DNA from: Oligoflexia bacterium
GTDB taxonomy: Bacteria; Bdellovibrionota; UBA1018
Length of the DNA: 64,000 nucleotides
Direction of reading: 5' to 3'
Assembly (NCBI GenBank): GCA_963758495.1
Contig: CAVWVI010000003.1
Location: forward strand, 1,568,001 to 1,632,000
Shown: positions 1 to 9,706 of the stretch, one piece after another
Position numbering within the stretch: position 1 is the stretch's first letter
Layout: each line of letters starts with the position of its first letter
The notes under the pieces: model-generated
Databases searched by the model: none
The model's input: the letters and a program-made list of their open reading frames with translations, nothing else
Told to the model about the DNA's origin: nothing
Position numbers and translations under genes: made by a program

Positions 1-2
1 GA

Positions 3-707
3 TTTGGAATATTCAATTCCGCACTTTTTGCGAATATTACTACCGCCACTGGGTGTGGAGCAATAAACGCCGTGCTTGATAGCTTTACTCCTCTGGGAGG
101 GGTAGTCCCCCTTCTTAATATTAAGATGGGTGAGATTATTTTTGGTGGGGTGGGGTCAGGAATTTATGGAATGCTAACATTTATTATATTAACAATATTT
201 ATTTCAGGTCTCATGATTGGGCGTACGCCAGAGTATTTTGGAAAAAAAATTAGCATTCGTGAAATGAAGTACGTTATGTTATCTATTATTGTTCCTCCTT
301 TCTTTATCCTTGGATTGAGTGCGATTGCCTCGAGCAATAGGACTGCCCTTTCTGCATTAGGAAATCCAGGATTCCACGGATTCAGTGAAATAATCTACAC
401 TTATACTTCCGCCATTGGCAACAATGGGAGCACATTTGCCGGCCTTTCAACCCAATTACCCTACTGGAACTTAACTCTTGCACTAGGCATGTTTTTTGGA
501 CGTTATTTCACGATGATTCCAATGCTGGCAGTTGCAGGTTCTCTTGTCGAAAAAAGGAGTCATCCGGTAGGCGAAGGCACGTTTCCGGCAGAGGGTCCTC
601 TATTTATCACTCTGTTGATCGCTGTGATTTTAATCGTAGGTGCATTGACTTATTTTCCAGTTCTTGTTTTGGGCCCAATTGCAGAGCACTTTCAAATGTT
701 GAAATGA
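3..707 (+). CDS. kdpA: K+-transporting ATPase subunit KdpA, second copy (5' end outside window)
   Basis: Frame open from nt 3 ([33 protein letters not shown]); motifs [34 protein letters not shown]; collinear with the C-terminal part of KdpA at 9707-11416. Confidence 0.95.
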   Translation, partial: FGIFNSALFANITTATGCGAINAVLDSFTPLGGVVPLLNIKMGEIIFGGVGSGIYGMLTFIILTIFISGLMIGRTPEYFGKKISIREMKYVMLSIIVPPFFILGLSAIASSNRTALSALGNPGFHGFSEIIYTYTSAIGNNGSTFAGLSTQLPYWNLTLALGMFFGRYFTMIPMLAVAGSLVEKRSHPVGEGTFPAEGPLFITLLIAVILIVGALTYFPVLVLGPIAEHFQMLK

Positions 708-722
708 AAGGTACTATTCCAT

Positions 723-1331
723 ATGATAAAAATAGGGTTGTTCATTTTAGTGATTCTTACTTCTCTTCTTGTGGAGGGTGCGGACCTCCAACCGATATCT
801 CAACCGTCGCCGCAACCCTCTCCTGAACCGTCACCTCAAGTTGTGGAATCTCACGCGAATGTACCTATTGAATGTTTTTTATCAGCGAATGCATTGAATT
901 TAAGCTTTCAGCAAAGCATTCAGCTTTGTGCTAATGCTAAGTCACTGGCTCCTATCCGGTGCTTTAATCATGGATCTCTTACCGACGATCAAAGGATCAA
1001 TCTATGTCAAGGTGCTACTTCTGAAGCCCCCAGCGAGTGCTTTGCAGAGTCTTTTGACTTGCTGTTGACTATTGATGAACGGACCAAGCTTTGTAATGGT
1101 GCAATCTTCATCAACAATGCATCTTCTGGTCGTCCGACATTAGCGACAGCCCCTGTTTATTGTTTTAGAAGAGCTAAAGAGCTACCTCTTTCCCAGGACC
1201 AAAGAGTGATTCTTTGCGCCAATGCAGATTCAGATGATCCCGTGCGATGTTTTAACCGTGCGGATCATCTAGATTTGAGCTGGGACCAACGTGTCCGGCT
1301 TTGTACACAGCTGACTCCATCAAGCTGGTAA
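723..1331 (+). CDS. Secreted cysteine-rich repeat protein (5 x PxxCF...LC repeats, Pro/Ser linker)
   Basis: Hydrophobic N-terminal signal, QPSP linker, five ~29-aa repeats each with two Cys; paralogue at 1372-1902. Confidence 0.8.
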   Translation: MIKIGLFILVILTSLLVEGADLQPISQPSPQPSPEPSPQVVESHANVPIECFLSANALNLSFQQSIQLCANAKSLAPIRCFNHGSLTDDQRINLCQGATSEAPSECFAESFDLLLTIDERTKLCNGAIFINNASSGRPTLATAPVYCFRRAKELPLSQDQRVILCANADSDDPVRCFNRADHLDLSWDQRVRLCTQLTPSSW

Positions 1332-1371
1332 TTATATTTTAACGTAAGTACTGCAAGGAACTATTTACGAT

Positions 1372-1902
1372 TTAATTCTGCGATGCCGACGTTGTAATTT
1401 GTGTACACAACCTTACGCGCTGATCAGCAGTGAATCCAAGCTGCGCAGAGTTGAAAAAACAGCGAAGCGCCTCATCTGTCGTGGAGTCTGCACACAGAAG
1501 GACTCTTTGATCTAGAGTTAGAGACAGATTATTTGTAGAGTCGAAGCATTGGTTCGGATTTGTTGAAGGTGCAGTGCTACAAAGCTTAGCACGTTGGTCA
1601 ATAGTCAATCCTCGACCGTCAGAGTTTTCATAACATCGGAAAGGAGCATCGGAAGTCGCCAATTGGCAGAGACTCAGTTTTTGGGTTGTGGTCATAGTTG
1701 TTCTAGAAGTATAGGCAAAACAACGTGCAGGTGCATCGGATGTTGCACCACTGCAGAGGGTCAGTTTTTCTTTAACAGTGATGCCAGAGCCACTCATGCT
1801 CAAAACACATTCAACAGGGGGACTCACTATGAAGTCTGCAAAGGTAAATGCGCTCAGCATAAAGACATTCAGCAGCATTAAATATCTTAGCCCCATTTTC
1901 AT
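1372..1902 (-). CDS. Secreted cysteine-rich repeat protein (5 x 29-aa repeats)
   Basis: Signal peptide ending AFTFA, five 29-aa repeats, same DQRVRLCTQ ending as 723-1331; GGAG upstream. Confidence 0.8.
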   Translation of the reverse strand: MKMGLRYLMLLNVFMLSAFTFADFIVSPPVECVLSMSGSGITVKEKLTLCSGATSDAPARCFAYTSRTTMTTTQKLSLCQLATSDAPFRCYENSDGRGLTIDQRAKLCSTAPSTNPNQCFDSTNNLSLTLDQRVLLCADSTTDEALRCFFNSAQLGFTADQRVRLCTQITTSASQN

Positions 1903-2023
1903 AGAAGATCTCCAAAGGAATCCAAATATAGCTTCTTGCTCTTAAGCAATATTTATACTTGTCTTCATAGAGCTTGATGGAACTAGGATTAAGCTTAGCT
2001 GATTATGGTAAACGTATATTACT

Positions 2024-4078
2024 TTAGAGTCGCATTTCAAGACTCGAGTAAACTGCTCTTCCTGGTCCGCCTGGCATAGTATTCACTCCGGGAGTATAAT
2101 AAGTTGGAACATAATAGGCAGCATCCAATAGATTGGTTCCATATAAGGCCAGTTTCATATCAGGTGTAGAGCTACTCAAGGAAAGAAGCTGTTTCAAATT
2201 CAATGTCACATTTGCCGTTAAGAGATTATAGGCAGTTGATGCAGGATTTGTGACCAAATTGGCTGGAAAAGCAATCGCGTTACTCCCGTAAGCAGTGATA
2301 TAGGAATCAAACACGCCCAGAGAAACTGACTTCAGCTCATACCCCACTCCCGCCTTTGCGATCCAAGAGGGTGTGAACGAGACCCCGGTATTGCCATTTC
2401 CATCATTACTTTCTTGATAGGTAAGAGAACCTAGAAAATAAATATTACTGGTAGGTAAATATTTGGATTCTAATTCCATGCCCATTAAATTTAACTGCTG
2501 TGAATTATAATAAGATCTGTTAGTCGCACTTCCTATTTGTGGTTCTTGAACAATTAAGCTGGACTGATGACTATAGAAAAAACCGAGAGAGGATTGAAAA
2601 CTGGGGTGATTATAAAAGAATTGAAGATCTGCTGTATCGATGAATTCAGGAGATAAACTGGGATTACCTACCACATTGACACCACCTCCCAGCGGGATAC
2701 TTGCATCTGTTTGAGGAGGTGTAGGAGCATTAAATGCTTGTCCATAGAGTGCCTTGAGTCCGAATTCAGGTGTAAAATGAGCCACAGCACCTAAACGTGG
2801 CACAAAGGAACCTGTATAAGGGGTTTGATTGAATTGAGCGCCCGCAATCAATTTAAGACCAGGGGTGAGCTGGTAGTCGAGCTGAGAATAAACAGCATAC
2901 CAATATTGGACCCAGGCTAGATTCAAGTTGTCTATTTCACCTGACATTCTGTTGATGACCACTCCTGAAACCAAATTTAAGTTGTCTATCAACTTTCCTC
3001 GAACGGTGGTTTCCCATCGACTATCGTTCGTTCTATATTGATTGATAGCAGTGGGATACCCGAGAGGTTGATTGACTGATGACTTCAAGAGTAAGTCTGT
3101 GTATCCCCCGACATTGGAAATATGTGTTTCTAAGTTCCAATTTTGAGCTAGGTCTAATTTATAACCTAAATCCAAAAAGAATTTAGTATTACTGATCCAT
3201 CCCGCAGCTCCATCCGTAGGAAGTCTCCAGTCGTATTGATTCGTGTGGCCGTAAAAAGTAGAAAGCTCCAGATTCTTATAAGCAGCGGTGGTGGTGAACC
3301 CTACGTTTCCATGTTGGTAGGCATTCCCTGAAACATTGTGTCCGGTTACAGAGTTAGCGCTTAATAGCCAGCCGTCTGTGTCTAAATATTTCAAGGCACT
3401 ACTCACTCTTAAACCCGTTTCATCTGACTGAAAGTTTGAATAAGCTTCCACTGCTTTCGTATTAAAAGTGCCGTATTTGGGCGCAACCGATAAATGAACC
3501 CCTTGATCCTTTTTAGTGATAATATTGATCACACCAGAGTATGCATTGGTGCCGTAGAGGACTGAGCCGGGTCCTTTTACAATTTCGATCTGCTGAATGG
3601 CTGAAATTGGAAAAGAAGAATAAATAGCTTGATTATAGGCTCCTATATAACTATCTCGATTGATAGGATTCCCATCCATCAGGACAAGCATATGAGTATC
3701 AAATCCTCGGGGGGTATCTCCACGAACCAGAACGGTATTATTATTGGTGAAGGTCTCATAAATAGGTAAAACACTTGCGACACGGGAAAGTAACTCCGTC
3801 AAATCATTTGCACCAAATAATTCGATTTCCTTTGTTGAGATTACACTCGTTATGCCTGGTGAGTCATAAAGGCCTTCTGATCTTTTTGAAGAAGTGCTGA
3901 CGTCAATATTCATTAATTCCTCTAAAGATAAATCCAGAAATTTTGAATTTGATGCAAGAAGGGTCGCCTGCTCGTTTTCGCTGACGGTCGCAGCAGAGAC
4001 TGAAGTCTCAATTATGGTAAAAATAAGTAATGTAAATAATACAATAGGGCCAGTGAGCAGGGTGATTTTTATCATCAT
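2024..4078 (-). CDS. TonB-dependent receptor (plug + beta-barrel)
   Basis: LSLEELMNIDVSTSSK N-terminus, plug motif IEIVKGPGSVLYGTNAYSGVINIITK, NPSLSPE, C-terminal NLLDxxY...GRAVY. Confidence 0.92.
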   Translation of the reverse strand: MMIKITLLTGPIVLFTLLIFTIIETSVSAATVSENEQATLLASNSKFLDLSLEELMNIDVSTSSKRSEGLYDSPGITSVISTKEIELFGANDLTELLSRVASVLPIYETFTNNNTVLVRGDTPRGFDTHMLVLMDGNPINRDSYIGAYNQAIYSSFPISAIQQIEIVKGPGSVLYGTNAYSGVINIITKKDQGVHLSVAPKYGTFNTKAVEAYSNFQSDETGLRVSSALKYLDTDGWLLSANSVTGHNVSGNAYQHGNVGFTTTAAYKNLELSTFYGHTNQYDWRLPTDGAAGWISNTKFFLDLGYKLDLAQNWNLETHISNVGGYTDLLLKSSVNQPLGYPTAINQYRTNDSRWETTVRGKLIDNLNLVSGVVINRMSGEIDNLNLAWVQYWYAVYSQLDYQLTPGLKLIAGAQFNQTPYTGSFVPRLGAVAHFTPEFGLKALYGQAFNAPTPPQTDASIPLGGGVNVVGNPSLSPEFIDTADLQFFYNHPSFQSSLGFFYSHQSSLIVQEPQIGSATNRSYYNSQQLNLMGMELESKYLPTSNIYFLGSLTYQESNDGNGNTGVSFTPSWIAKAGVGYELKSVSLGVFDSYITAYGSNAIAFPANLVTNPASTAYNLLTANVTLNLKQLLSLSSSTPDMKLALYGTNLLDAAYYVPTYYTPGVNTMPGGPGRAVYSSLEMRL

Positions 4079-4261
4079 TTGATTCTAGAAGAGGAATCCG
4101 CAAAATCAAGAAGGAATGTTATTTTTTACGACTTTCAGTTATCTTTAAATAATCCGTTTTTTTGACATGCAATTTGCATATTGTATGATGAAAGTTATAT
4201 GCCTTGCATAGTAATTAATTTATGATTAAATATCTTCTACATTGGGTAGTTTCATCATTTA

Positions 4262-5659
4262 TTACATCCTGAAGCTTGCAGCCAAGGTAGCCCTGGTTTC
4301 GGAAGTGTTTAAATCAGGAGTAAAACTTGGATCGGGTAGTCCCCAGCCATTATTTGCATTAGTGGTCCCACTAGCTCCCGCATAAAAGGGTACAGTTGCA
4401 TGACGATCAGTAACTTCCGCTCGCAAAGTAAGTACTTCATTTGGCATATAATCTAACGTTGCAGTGTAATCCCAGGCTCTAAAATCAGTTCCAGGTGATT
4501 GATAACTTACGTTCGCCGTTGTGGTGGTATTTGATACTGCACTGACGGGTGGTACTAGATAGCGTCCTGGATTTGTTAAAAAACTTCCTCGTAGAGTGAG
4601 TGCAAATAGATTTTTTGCAAACCAAATACGATTAGCAATGGCGGTACCTAATATAAAATTTTTAGAAGAATCAAGTCCCCCCCCGTTCTCAAATCCATAG
4701 TGATTATTGATGCTGCATGCAGCTTTAGAGAAGAGCTGAGACTGAGGTGCATTCCAATATCGGAGTAAAAAACTATCATCATGATGAAAACGTCTTGCAT
4801 CAGGGTTTTGTTGTATATCCGCACCGTAATAGAAATTTGCTACGGTCGAAAAAACTTCAATGGGTCGGTAGACAATCGAAACTCCAAGTGCATTTGATTC
4901 ATTAAATTTTCCATAAGTTTGAAATCCATTAATAACCCAGGGTTCAATTTTAAGGTCTTTACGAGGAAAAATCTGTAGCCGCAGCCCATGAAAATAAAAT
5001 GGAGTAAAGTCACTGACCAATGAACGTTGGTAGCTCCAATTTTCCTGAGTTAAATAACTATCAAGACCCAAATAGGAAGGGAAAATGCCCGCTTCAAGAT
5101 TAATCCCATACATAGAATCCCAATGGTAACCGACTGCAGCTTCTCGAATGTATTTTAGATTATTCACGTTCAGGTTTCGACCACGGTTTACAGTGGGGTC
5201 TGTATCTTGAATAATGCTCAGCGTAGAACCAGTTTGTAAAGCCAAGCGTCCAATTGCATTTTTATAGTTGGCTTCAAATTCAATGCTAGCTAAATTAATT
5301 TGAAATTCATTATCCCGACCTATCGTGGCCGAGCCTGTAATTGTATGATCGATAGGTCGATTCCATGAATAATTGTAATAAGTATCTAAATAGAGGCTTA
5401 CAGTTAGATAATCGTTTTTAAATAAACTAGGGGTGTCTTTTTGTCGATTATTACCATTTAACCAAGAGAAATCAGCGAATGCAAAGGGCTCCTCCTTTTT
5501 TTGTGTTTCAGCTTTGGGCGTTTCAGCAATAGTTGTAGATGGCTGTTTCTCGTCTCCATATGCGAACGTGTGTTCGAGTTGAAAAATACCTGTTAGGCTA
5601 GTTAAATTTAGAATTAAAACAGACCTAAATAATCTTAGGTAATATTTCATGTGTGCCAA
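4262..5659 (-). CDS. Outer-membrane beta-barrel porin (DUF1597/BBP2-like), kdp-associated, paralogue 2
   Basis: EPFAFADFSWLNGNNRQ, FTPFYFHGLRLQ, WVINGFQTYG; clear paralogue of 5700-7070. Confidence 0.75.
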   Translation of the reverse strand: MAHMKYYLRLFRSVLILNLTSLTGIFQLEHTFAYGDEKQPSTTIAETPKAETQKKEEPFAFADFSWLNGNNRQKDTPSLFKNDYLTVSLYLDTYYNYSWNRPIDHTITGSATIGRDNEFQINLASIEFEANYKNAIGRLALQTGSTLSIIQDTDPTVNRGRNLNVNNLKYIREAAVGYHWDSMYGINLEAGIFPSYLGLDSYLTQENWSYQRSLVSDFTPFYFHGLRLQIFPRKDLKIEPWVINGFQTYGKFNESNALGVSIVYRPIEVFSTVANFYYGADIQQNPDARRFHHDDSFLLRYWNAPQSQLFSKAACSINNHYGFENGGGLDSSKNFILGTAIANRIWFAKNLFALTLRGSFLTNPGRYLVPPVSAVSNTTTTANVSYQSPGTDFRAWDYTATLDYMPNEVLTLRAEVTDRHATVPFYAGASGTTNANNGWGLPDPSFTPDLNTSETRATLAASFRM

Positions 5660-5699
5660 AATACTACCTAATGAGATTTAAGAAAACCACTACTTGCAT

Positions 5700-7070
5700 T
5701 TAGAGACGCACCATCATTGCTGCATTGATACGATTCTCTGAAGTTTGTAAATCAGGTTGAAACCCAGGGATTACGCTTCCGGGTGAGTTTTGGTTTCCTC
5801 CGGGCGGAGTCATGCCACCCGCTCCTGCAAAATAAGGTACATTTGCCTGACGGTGGATATACTCAAGACGGAACGTGATAAACTGACTAGGCATATAATC
5901 AAACGTGACTGAGGTATCCCACGCATTAAAAGGGTCACCAGGAGACTCCGTGAAATAAGGTGTGCCGCTGGAAGCAGTGGCTCCATTGATAGGCGGTAAG
6001 AGCACCAGATATCGACCTGGATTTGTAATTGCACCAGTACCTAGTGTTAAACCAAAACGATCCTTATCAAACCAAAACCTATTATAAGCCATGAAGCCCA
6101 AAAAATACTGAGCAGGGCTAGTTGGATCGTTTCCACCACAACTTACGCCTCCGCCATTTTCACATCCAGCGTCAGCGGTGAGCGAGAATGCTCCCTTACT
6201 GAAGAAATTGCTGGGGTTGTCATAATATTTGACCTGAAGGCTATTATCAGTGTGGATTCGCATCCGACTCGCAATGCCCATCGTGTCATGCCCATAGTAC
6301 TCATTAGAGACAATTGAAACAGATCCGTTTGGCCGCCACAAAAGTTGCCAGCCTACTCCGGGCGCTTCGTTAAATGTACCGTAGGACTGCCAACCGTTTA
6401 CGAGCCAAAACTCGGCTTTAAATTTGTCGCTCGGGAATAATTGAAGGCGTACTCCATTAAAAAACCACGGGGTATTAGCAGAGACATAAGACATTTGATA
6501 TACCCAGTTCTCATAATTATAATAACTACAAAGACCTATGTAAGACATAAAGATTCCCACATCGAGATTGATTCCATTCCAGACGTCCCAATGATATCCG
6601 CCGTAAGCCTCAGATACATAACGATAGGCATTAGAAAGATCCCATTGGCCACGCGATGGGCTTGAATCATTCCGAGGGGTCATGGTTGAGTACATTCCAA
6701 ATTGAGTAAAAAGTCTTCCTCGAATATTTTGATAATGGAAGTCTCCGCCAATACCTAATTGCTCAACCTGGAATTCACCTGTACGTCCTGAGTTTGTTGA
6801 ACCACTCAGGGTGTGATCGTTAGGACTTCTGAAGTCGTATACATAGTTGGTGTCCAAAGAAAACTCACCTGTAAATACCTTGCTGTCGAGAGGAAATTCA
6901 GTCTGACGGCTATTTCCGTTTAACCAAGTAAAGTCTCCAAAAGCGAATGGTTCAGTTGCTGCCTTCACTTCTTGTAGAGATGATAGAATGAACGCACAAC
7001 TTAATGTTCCTAGAAAGAGCGTGCGGTGAAAAAATGAATGCATCAACATAACGAAGGCTCCTTTAATCAA
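5700..7070 (-). CDS. Outer-membrane beta-barrel porin (DUF1597/BBP2-like), kdp-associated, paralogue 1
   Basis: EPFAFGDFTWLNGNSRQ, NTPWFFNGVRLQ, WLVNGWQSYG; abuts the kdpC stop (true start may be a downstream ATG). Confidence 0.75.
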   Translation of the reverse strand: MIKGAFVMLMHSFFHRTLFLGTLSCAFILSSLQEVKAATEPFAFGDFTWLNGNSRQTEFPLDSKVFTGEFSLDTNYVYDFRSPNDHTLSGSTNSGRTGEFQVEQLGIGGDFHYQNIRGRLFTQFGMYSTMTPRNDSSPSRGQWDLSNAYRYVSEAYGGYHWDVWNGINLDVGIFMSYIGLCSYYNYENWVYQMSYVSANTPWFFNGVRLQLFPSDKFKAEFWLVNGWQSYGTFNEAPGVGWQLLWRPNGSVSIVSNEYYGHDTMGIASRMRIHTDNSLQVKYYDNPSNFFSKGAFSLTADAGCENGGGVSCGGNDPTSPAQYFLGFMAYNRFWFDKDRFGLTLGTGAITNPGRYLVLLPPINGATASSGTPYFTESPGDPFNAWDTSVTFDYMPSQFITFRLEYIHRQANVPYFAGAGGMTPPGGNQNSPGSVIPGFQPDLQTSENRINAAMMVRL

Positions 7071-7651
7071 AGATGAAGGTTGTCCAGCTCTATATTTAAA
7101 AGTAGGACATTCACTACAGCATTTCCGAAAAGTCCCAATTGTGGCCCTTCTGTATGGTTTTTGACTAGCTTGCGAAGTTCATTAGTCGAAATTCCTCGTG
7201 CTTGAGCTACGCGGTCGACCTGAGCTTCTGCAGCTTCCGGAGAAATATGAGGATCTAACCCACTTCCAGAACTTGTGACAAGATCAACAGGAATTTCTCC
7301 CTTTTTCAAAGTAGGGTTTTCCATTAATACACGATCAATGTTCGATTTTAGTTCATCTGCCAACTTTTGATTAGTTGGACCAAAATTTGAACCCGAAGAG
7401 TTTGAAGCATCATACCCATTTCCAGTTCCTGCTGCGGAAGGTCTGCCGTGAAAATATTCTCGCTTTGTGAAGGCTTGCCCAATGAGTTTGGCTCCAATAA
7501 TTTTTCCAGCGCTATTGGAAATCATGCCTCCATTCGCTTTCTCATGAAAAAAAATGTTTCCTATAATTGTCACGAGTGCTGGATATACCCCACAAAGTAG
7601 AACTGCGAGGGTGAATGTTGCTACAAAAGAGCGATAGATCAATTTAAACAT
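7067..7651 (-). CDS. kdpC: K+-transporting ATPase subunit C
   Basis: LIGQAFT..YFHGRPSAAG, SSGSNFGP, DLVTSSGSGLDPHISP, VNVLLLN. Confidence 0.97.
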   Translation of the reverse strand: MFKLIYRSFVATFTLAVLLCGVYPALVTIIGNIFFHEKANGGMISNSAGKIIGAKLIGQAFTKREYFHGRPSAAGTGNGYDASNSSGSNFGPTNQKLADELKSNIDRVLMENPTLKKGEIPVDLVTSSGSGLDPHISPEAAEAQVDRVAQARGISTNELRKLVKNHTEGPQLGLFGNAVVNVLLLNIELDNLHL

Positions 7652-7661
7652 AATACTCTCC

Positions 7662-9686
7662 TTATGCTAGACCCAGGACAGAAACCAGTACGTCAATAAT
7701 TTTAATACCTATAAAAGGAATGATAATTCCGCCTAACCCGTAAACTAAAATGTTTCTTTGGAGGATTTTAGAAGCTGATTGAGGTCGATATCCAACACCT
7801 CGAAGAGCAAGCGGGATAAGAAAAATAATAATGAGCGCATTAAAGATGACCGCGGAAAGGATTGCACTTTGAGGACTTTTTAAATTCATGATATTGAGGG
7901 AGCCCAAAGCTGGCAGAGTGCTTGCAAAAATGGCAGGGATAATGGCGAAATATTTAGCCACATCATTGGCAATACTAAAGGTAGTTAATGAACCTCGTGT
8001 GATCAAAAGTTGCTTTCCTATTTCTACGATTTCTATCAGTTTCGTAGGGTCAGAATCCAGGTCAATCATATTCCCTGCTTCACGTGCGGCCTGGGTGCCT
8101 GTATTCATAACAAGACCCACATCCGATTGTGCTAATGCTGGGGCATCGTTTGTACCGTCCCCAGACATGGCAACCATTCTTCCCTCTAATTGGTAGCTTT
8201 TAATGAGCTTAAGTTTATCTTCTGGTTTGGCTTCTGAGAGATAATCATCAACTCCAGATTCCTGAGCAATAGCTGCAGCAGTGAGTCGATTGTCTCCTGT
8301 TATCATAACAGTTTTAATGCCCATGGCTCGAATTCGATCAAAGCGATCCCGAATGCCGGGTTTGACAATGTCTTTGAGATGGATCACTCCCATTATTTTC
8401 CCGTTTTTTGCAACGACAAGAGGAGTACCTCCTTGACTTGCAATTCCTTGAACTGCCTTTTCTACAGCTGGGGTAAGCTTTTCTTGAAATCCTTGAGACC
8501 AGCTTTGGATAGCATCCATGGCCCCTTTTCGAATGGAGGTGCCAGGATAGTCTACTCCACTCATTCGAGTTTCTGCAGAGAAAGGTATGACTGTAGCATC
8601 CTTTGGGATCGTGGATTTAATACCCATTTTATTAGCCAAAGTAACAATGGATCTTCCTTCTGGAGTTAAATCGACTGTGGAAGCAATTAACGCAGTTTCT
8701 GCTATTTCGCTGGTACTCACGTTTTCAGCAGGGATAAATGCTGTTGCCATTCGATTTCCAATCGTGATCGTACCCGTCTTATCGAGAAGTAAAACATCAA
8801 CATCGCCGGCAGCTTCAACGGCCCTTCCTGACATTGCCAAAACATTTCTCTGCACAAGGCGATCCATTCCCGCAATTCCTATTGCAGAAAGGAGTCCGCC
8901 AATAGTCGTTGGGATGAGACAAACTAAAAGTGATACTAATATGACTAAGGAAACAGGTGTATTTGCGTAAGTAGCAAAAGGTCTGAGAGTCACAGTGGCC
9001 AAAAGAAAAACAAGAGTGAGCCCCGCTAATAAAATATTCAGAGCAATTTCGTTAGGAGTCTTCTGCCGTACTGCCCCTTCGACTAAAGCGATCATTCGAT
9101 CTAAAAACGATTCACCTGGATTCGTAGTGATTTGAATCACAATTTCATCCGACAGTACGGTAGTCCCTCCAGTGACAGCACTGCGGTCTCCTCCCGCTTC
9201 GCGAATTACCGGCGCAGATTCCCCAGTAATGGCGGATTCATCTATAGAGGCCACTCCTTCGATGACGGTGCCATCAGCCGGAATCACTTGGCCTGCCTCA
9301 ACCACTACGAAATCTTCTTTTCTCAGTGCTGAAGAAGGGACAGATTCTATTACGCCATTTTTCGTACGTCTCTGGGCCATGGTTTCAGTACGAGCTCGTC
9401 TAAGATTATCCGCTTGTGCTTTCCCTCGGCCTTCTGCCATTGCTTCTGCAAAATTGGCGAAAAGTACGGTGAACCATAGCCAAAGGGTAATCTGTCCGCT
9501 AAAAAGTGCTTCGTGTTTTCGACCGGAAACGCAGTCAGAAATGAATGCGATGGTGGTAAGAACACTCCCGACTTCGACCACAAACATGACCGGATTTTTC
9601 ATCAATATTTTTGGGTTTAGTTTTTTGAATGAATCTTTGATTGCAGGCTTAACGAGGGCGGGATTCCAAATTGATGAGTTTATCAT
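7662..9686 (-). CDS. kdpB: K+-transporting P-type ATPase subunit B
   Basis: [35 protein letters not shown]. Confidence 0.98.
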   Translation of the reverse strand: MINSSIWNPALVKPAIKDSFKKLNPKILMKNPVMFVVEVGSVLTTIAFISDCVSGRKHEALFSGQITLWLWFTVLFANFAEAMAEGRGKAQADNLRRARTETMAQRRTKNGVIESVPSSALRKEDFVVVEAGQVIPADGTVIEGVASIDESAITGESAPVIREAGGDRSAVTGGTTVLSDEIVIQITTNPGESFLDRMIALVEGAVRQKTPNEIALNILLAGLTLVFLLATVTLRPFATYANTPVSLVILVSLLVCLIPTTIGGLLSAIGIAGMDRLVQRNVLAMSGRAVEAAGDVDVLLLDKTGTITIGNRMATAFIPAENVSTSEIAETALIASTVDLTPEGRSIVTLANKMGIKSTIPKDATVIPFSAETRMSGVDYPGTSIRKGAMDAIQSWSQGFQEKLTPAVEKAVQGIASQGGTPLVVAKNGKIMGVIHLKDIVKPGIRDRFDRIRAMGIKTVMITGDNRLTAAAIAQESGVDDYLSEAKPEDKLKLIKSYQLEGRMVAMSGDGTNDAPALAQSDVGLVMNTGTQAAREAGNMIDLDSDPTKLIEIVEIGKQLLITRGSLTTFSIANDVAKYFAIIPAIFASTLPALGSLNIMNLKSPQSAILSAVIFNALIIIFLIPLALRGVGYRPQSASKILQRNILVYGLGGIIIPFIGIKIIDVLVSVLGLA

Positions 9687-9706
9687 AAAACATCTCCATA
9701 TTAAGA

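Noticed and set aside
1945..1960. sigma54-like AAGTATAAATATTGCT upstream of the minus-strand Cys-repeat gene
   Set aside because: Lacks the invariant GG at -24.
4167..4210. Two ATGC...GCAT palindromes upstream of the TonB receptor
   Set aside because: Different spacer lengths and no match to an operator I can name.
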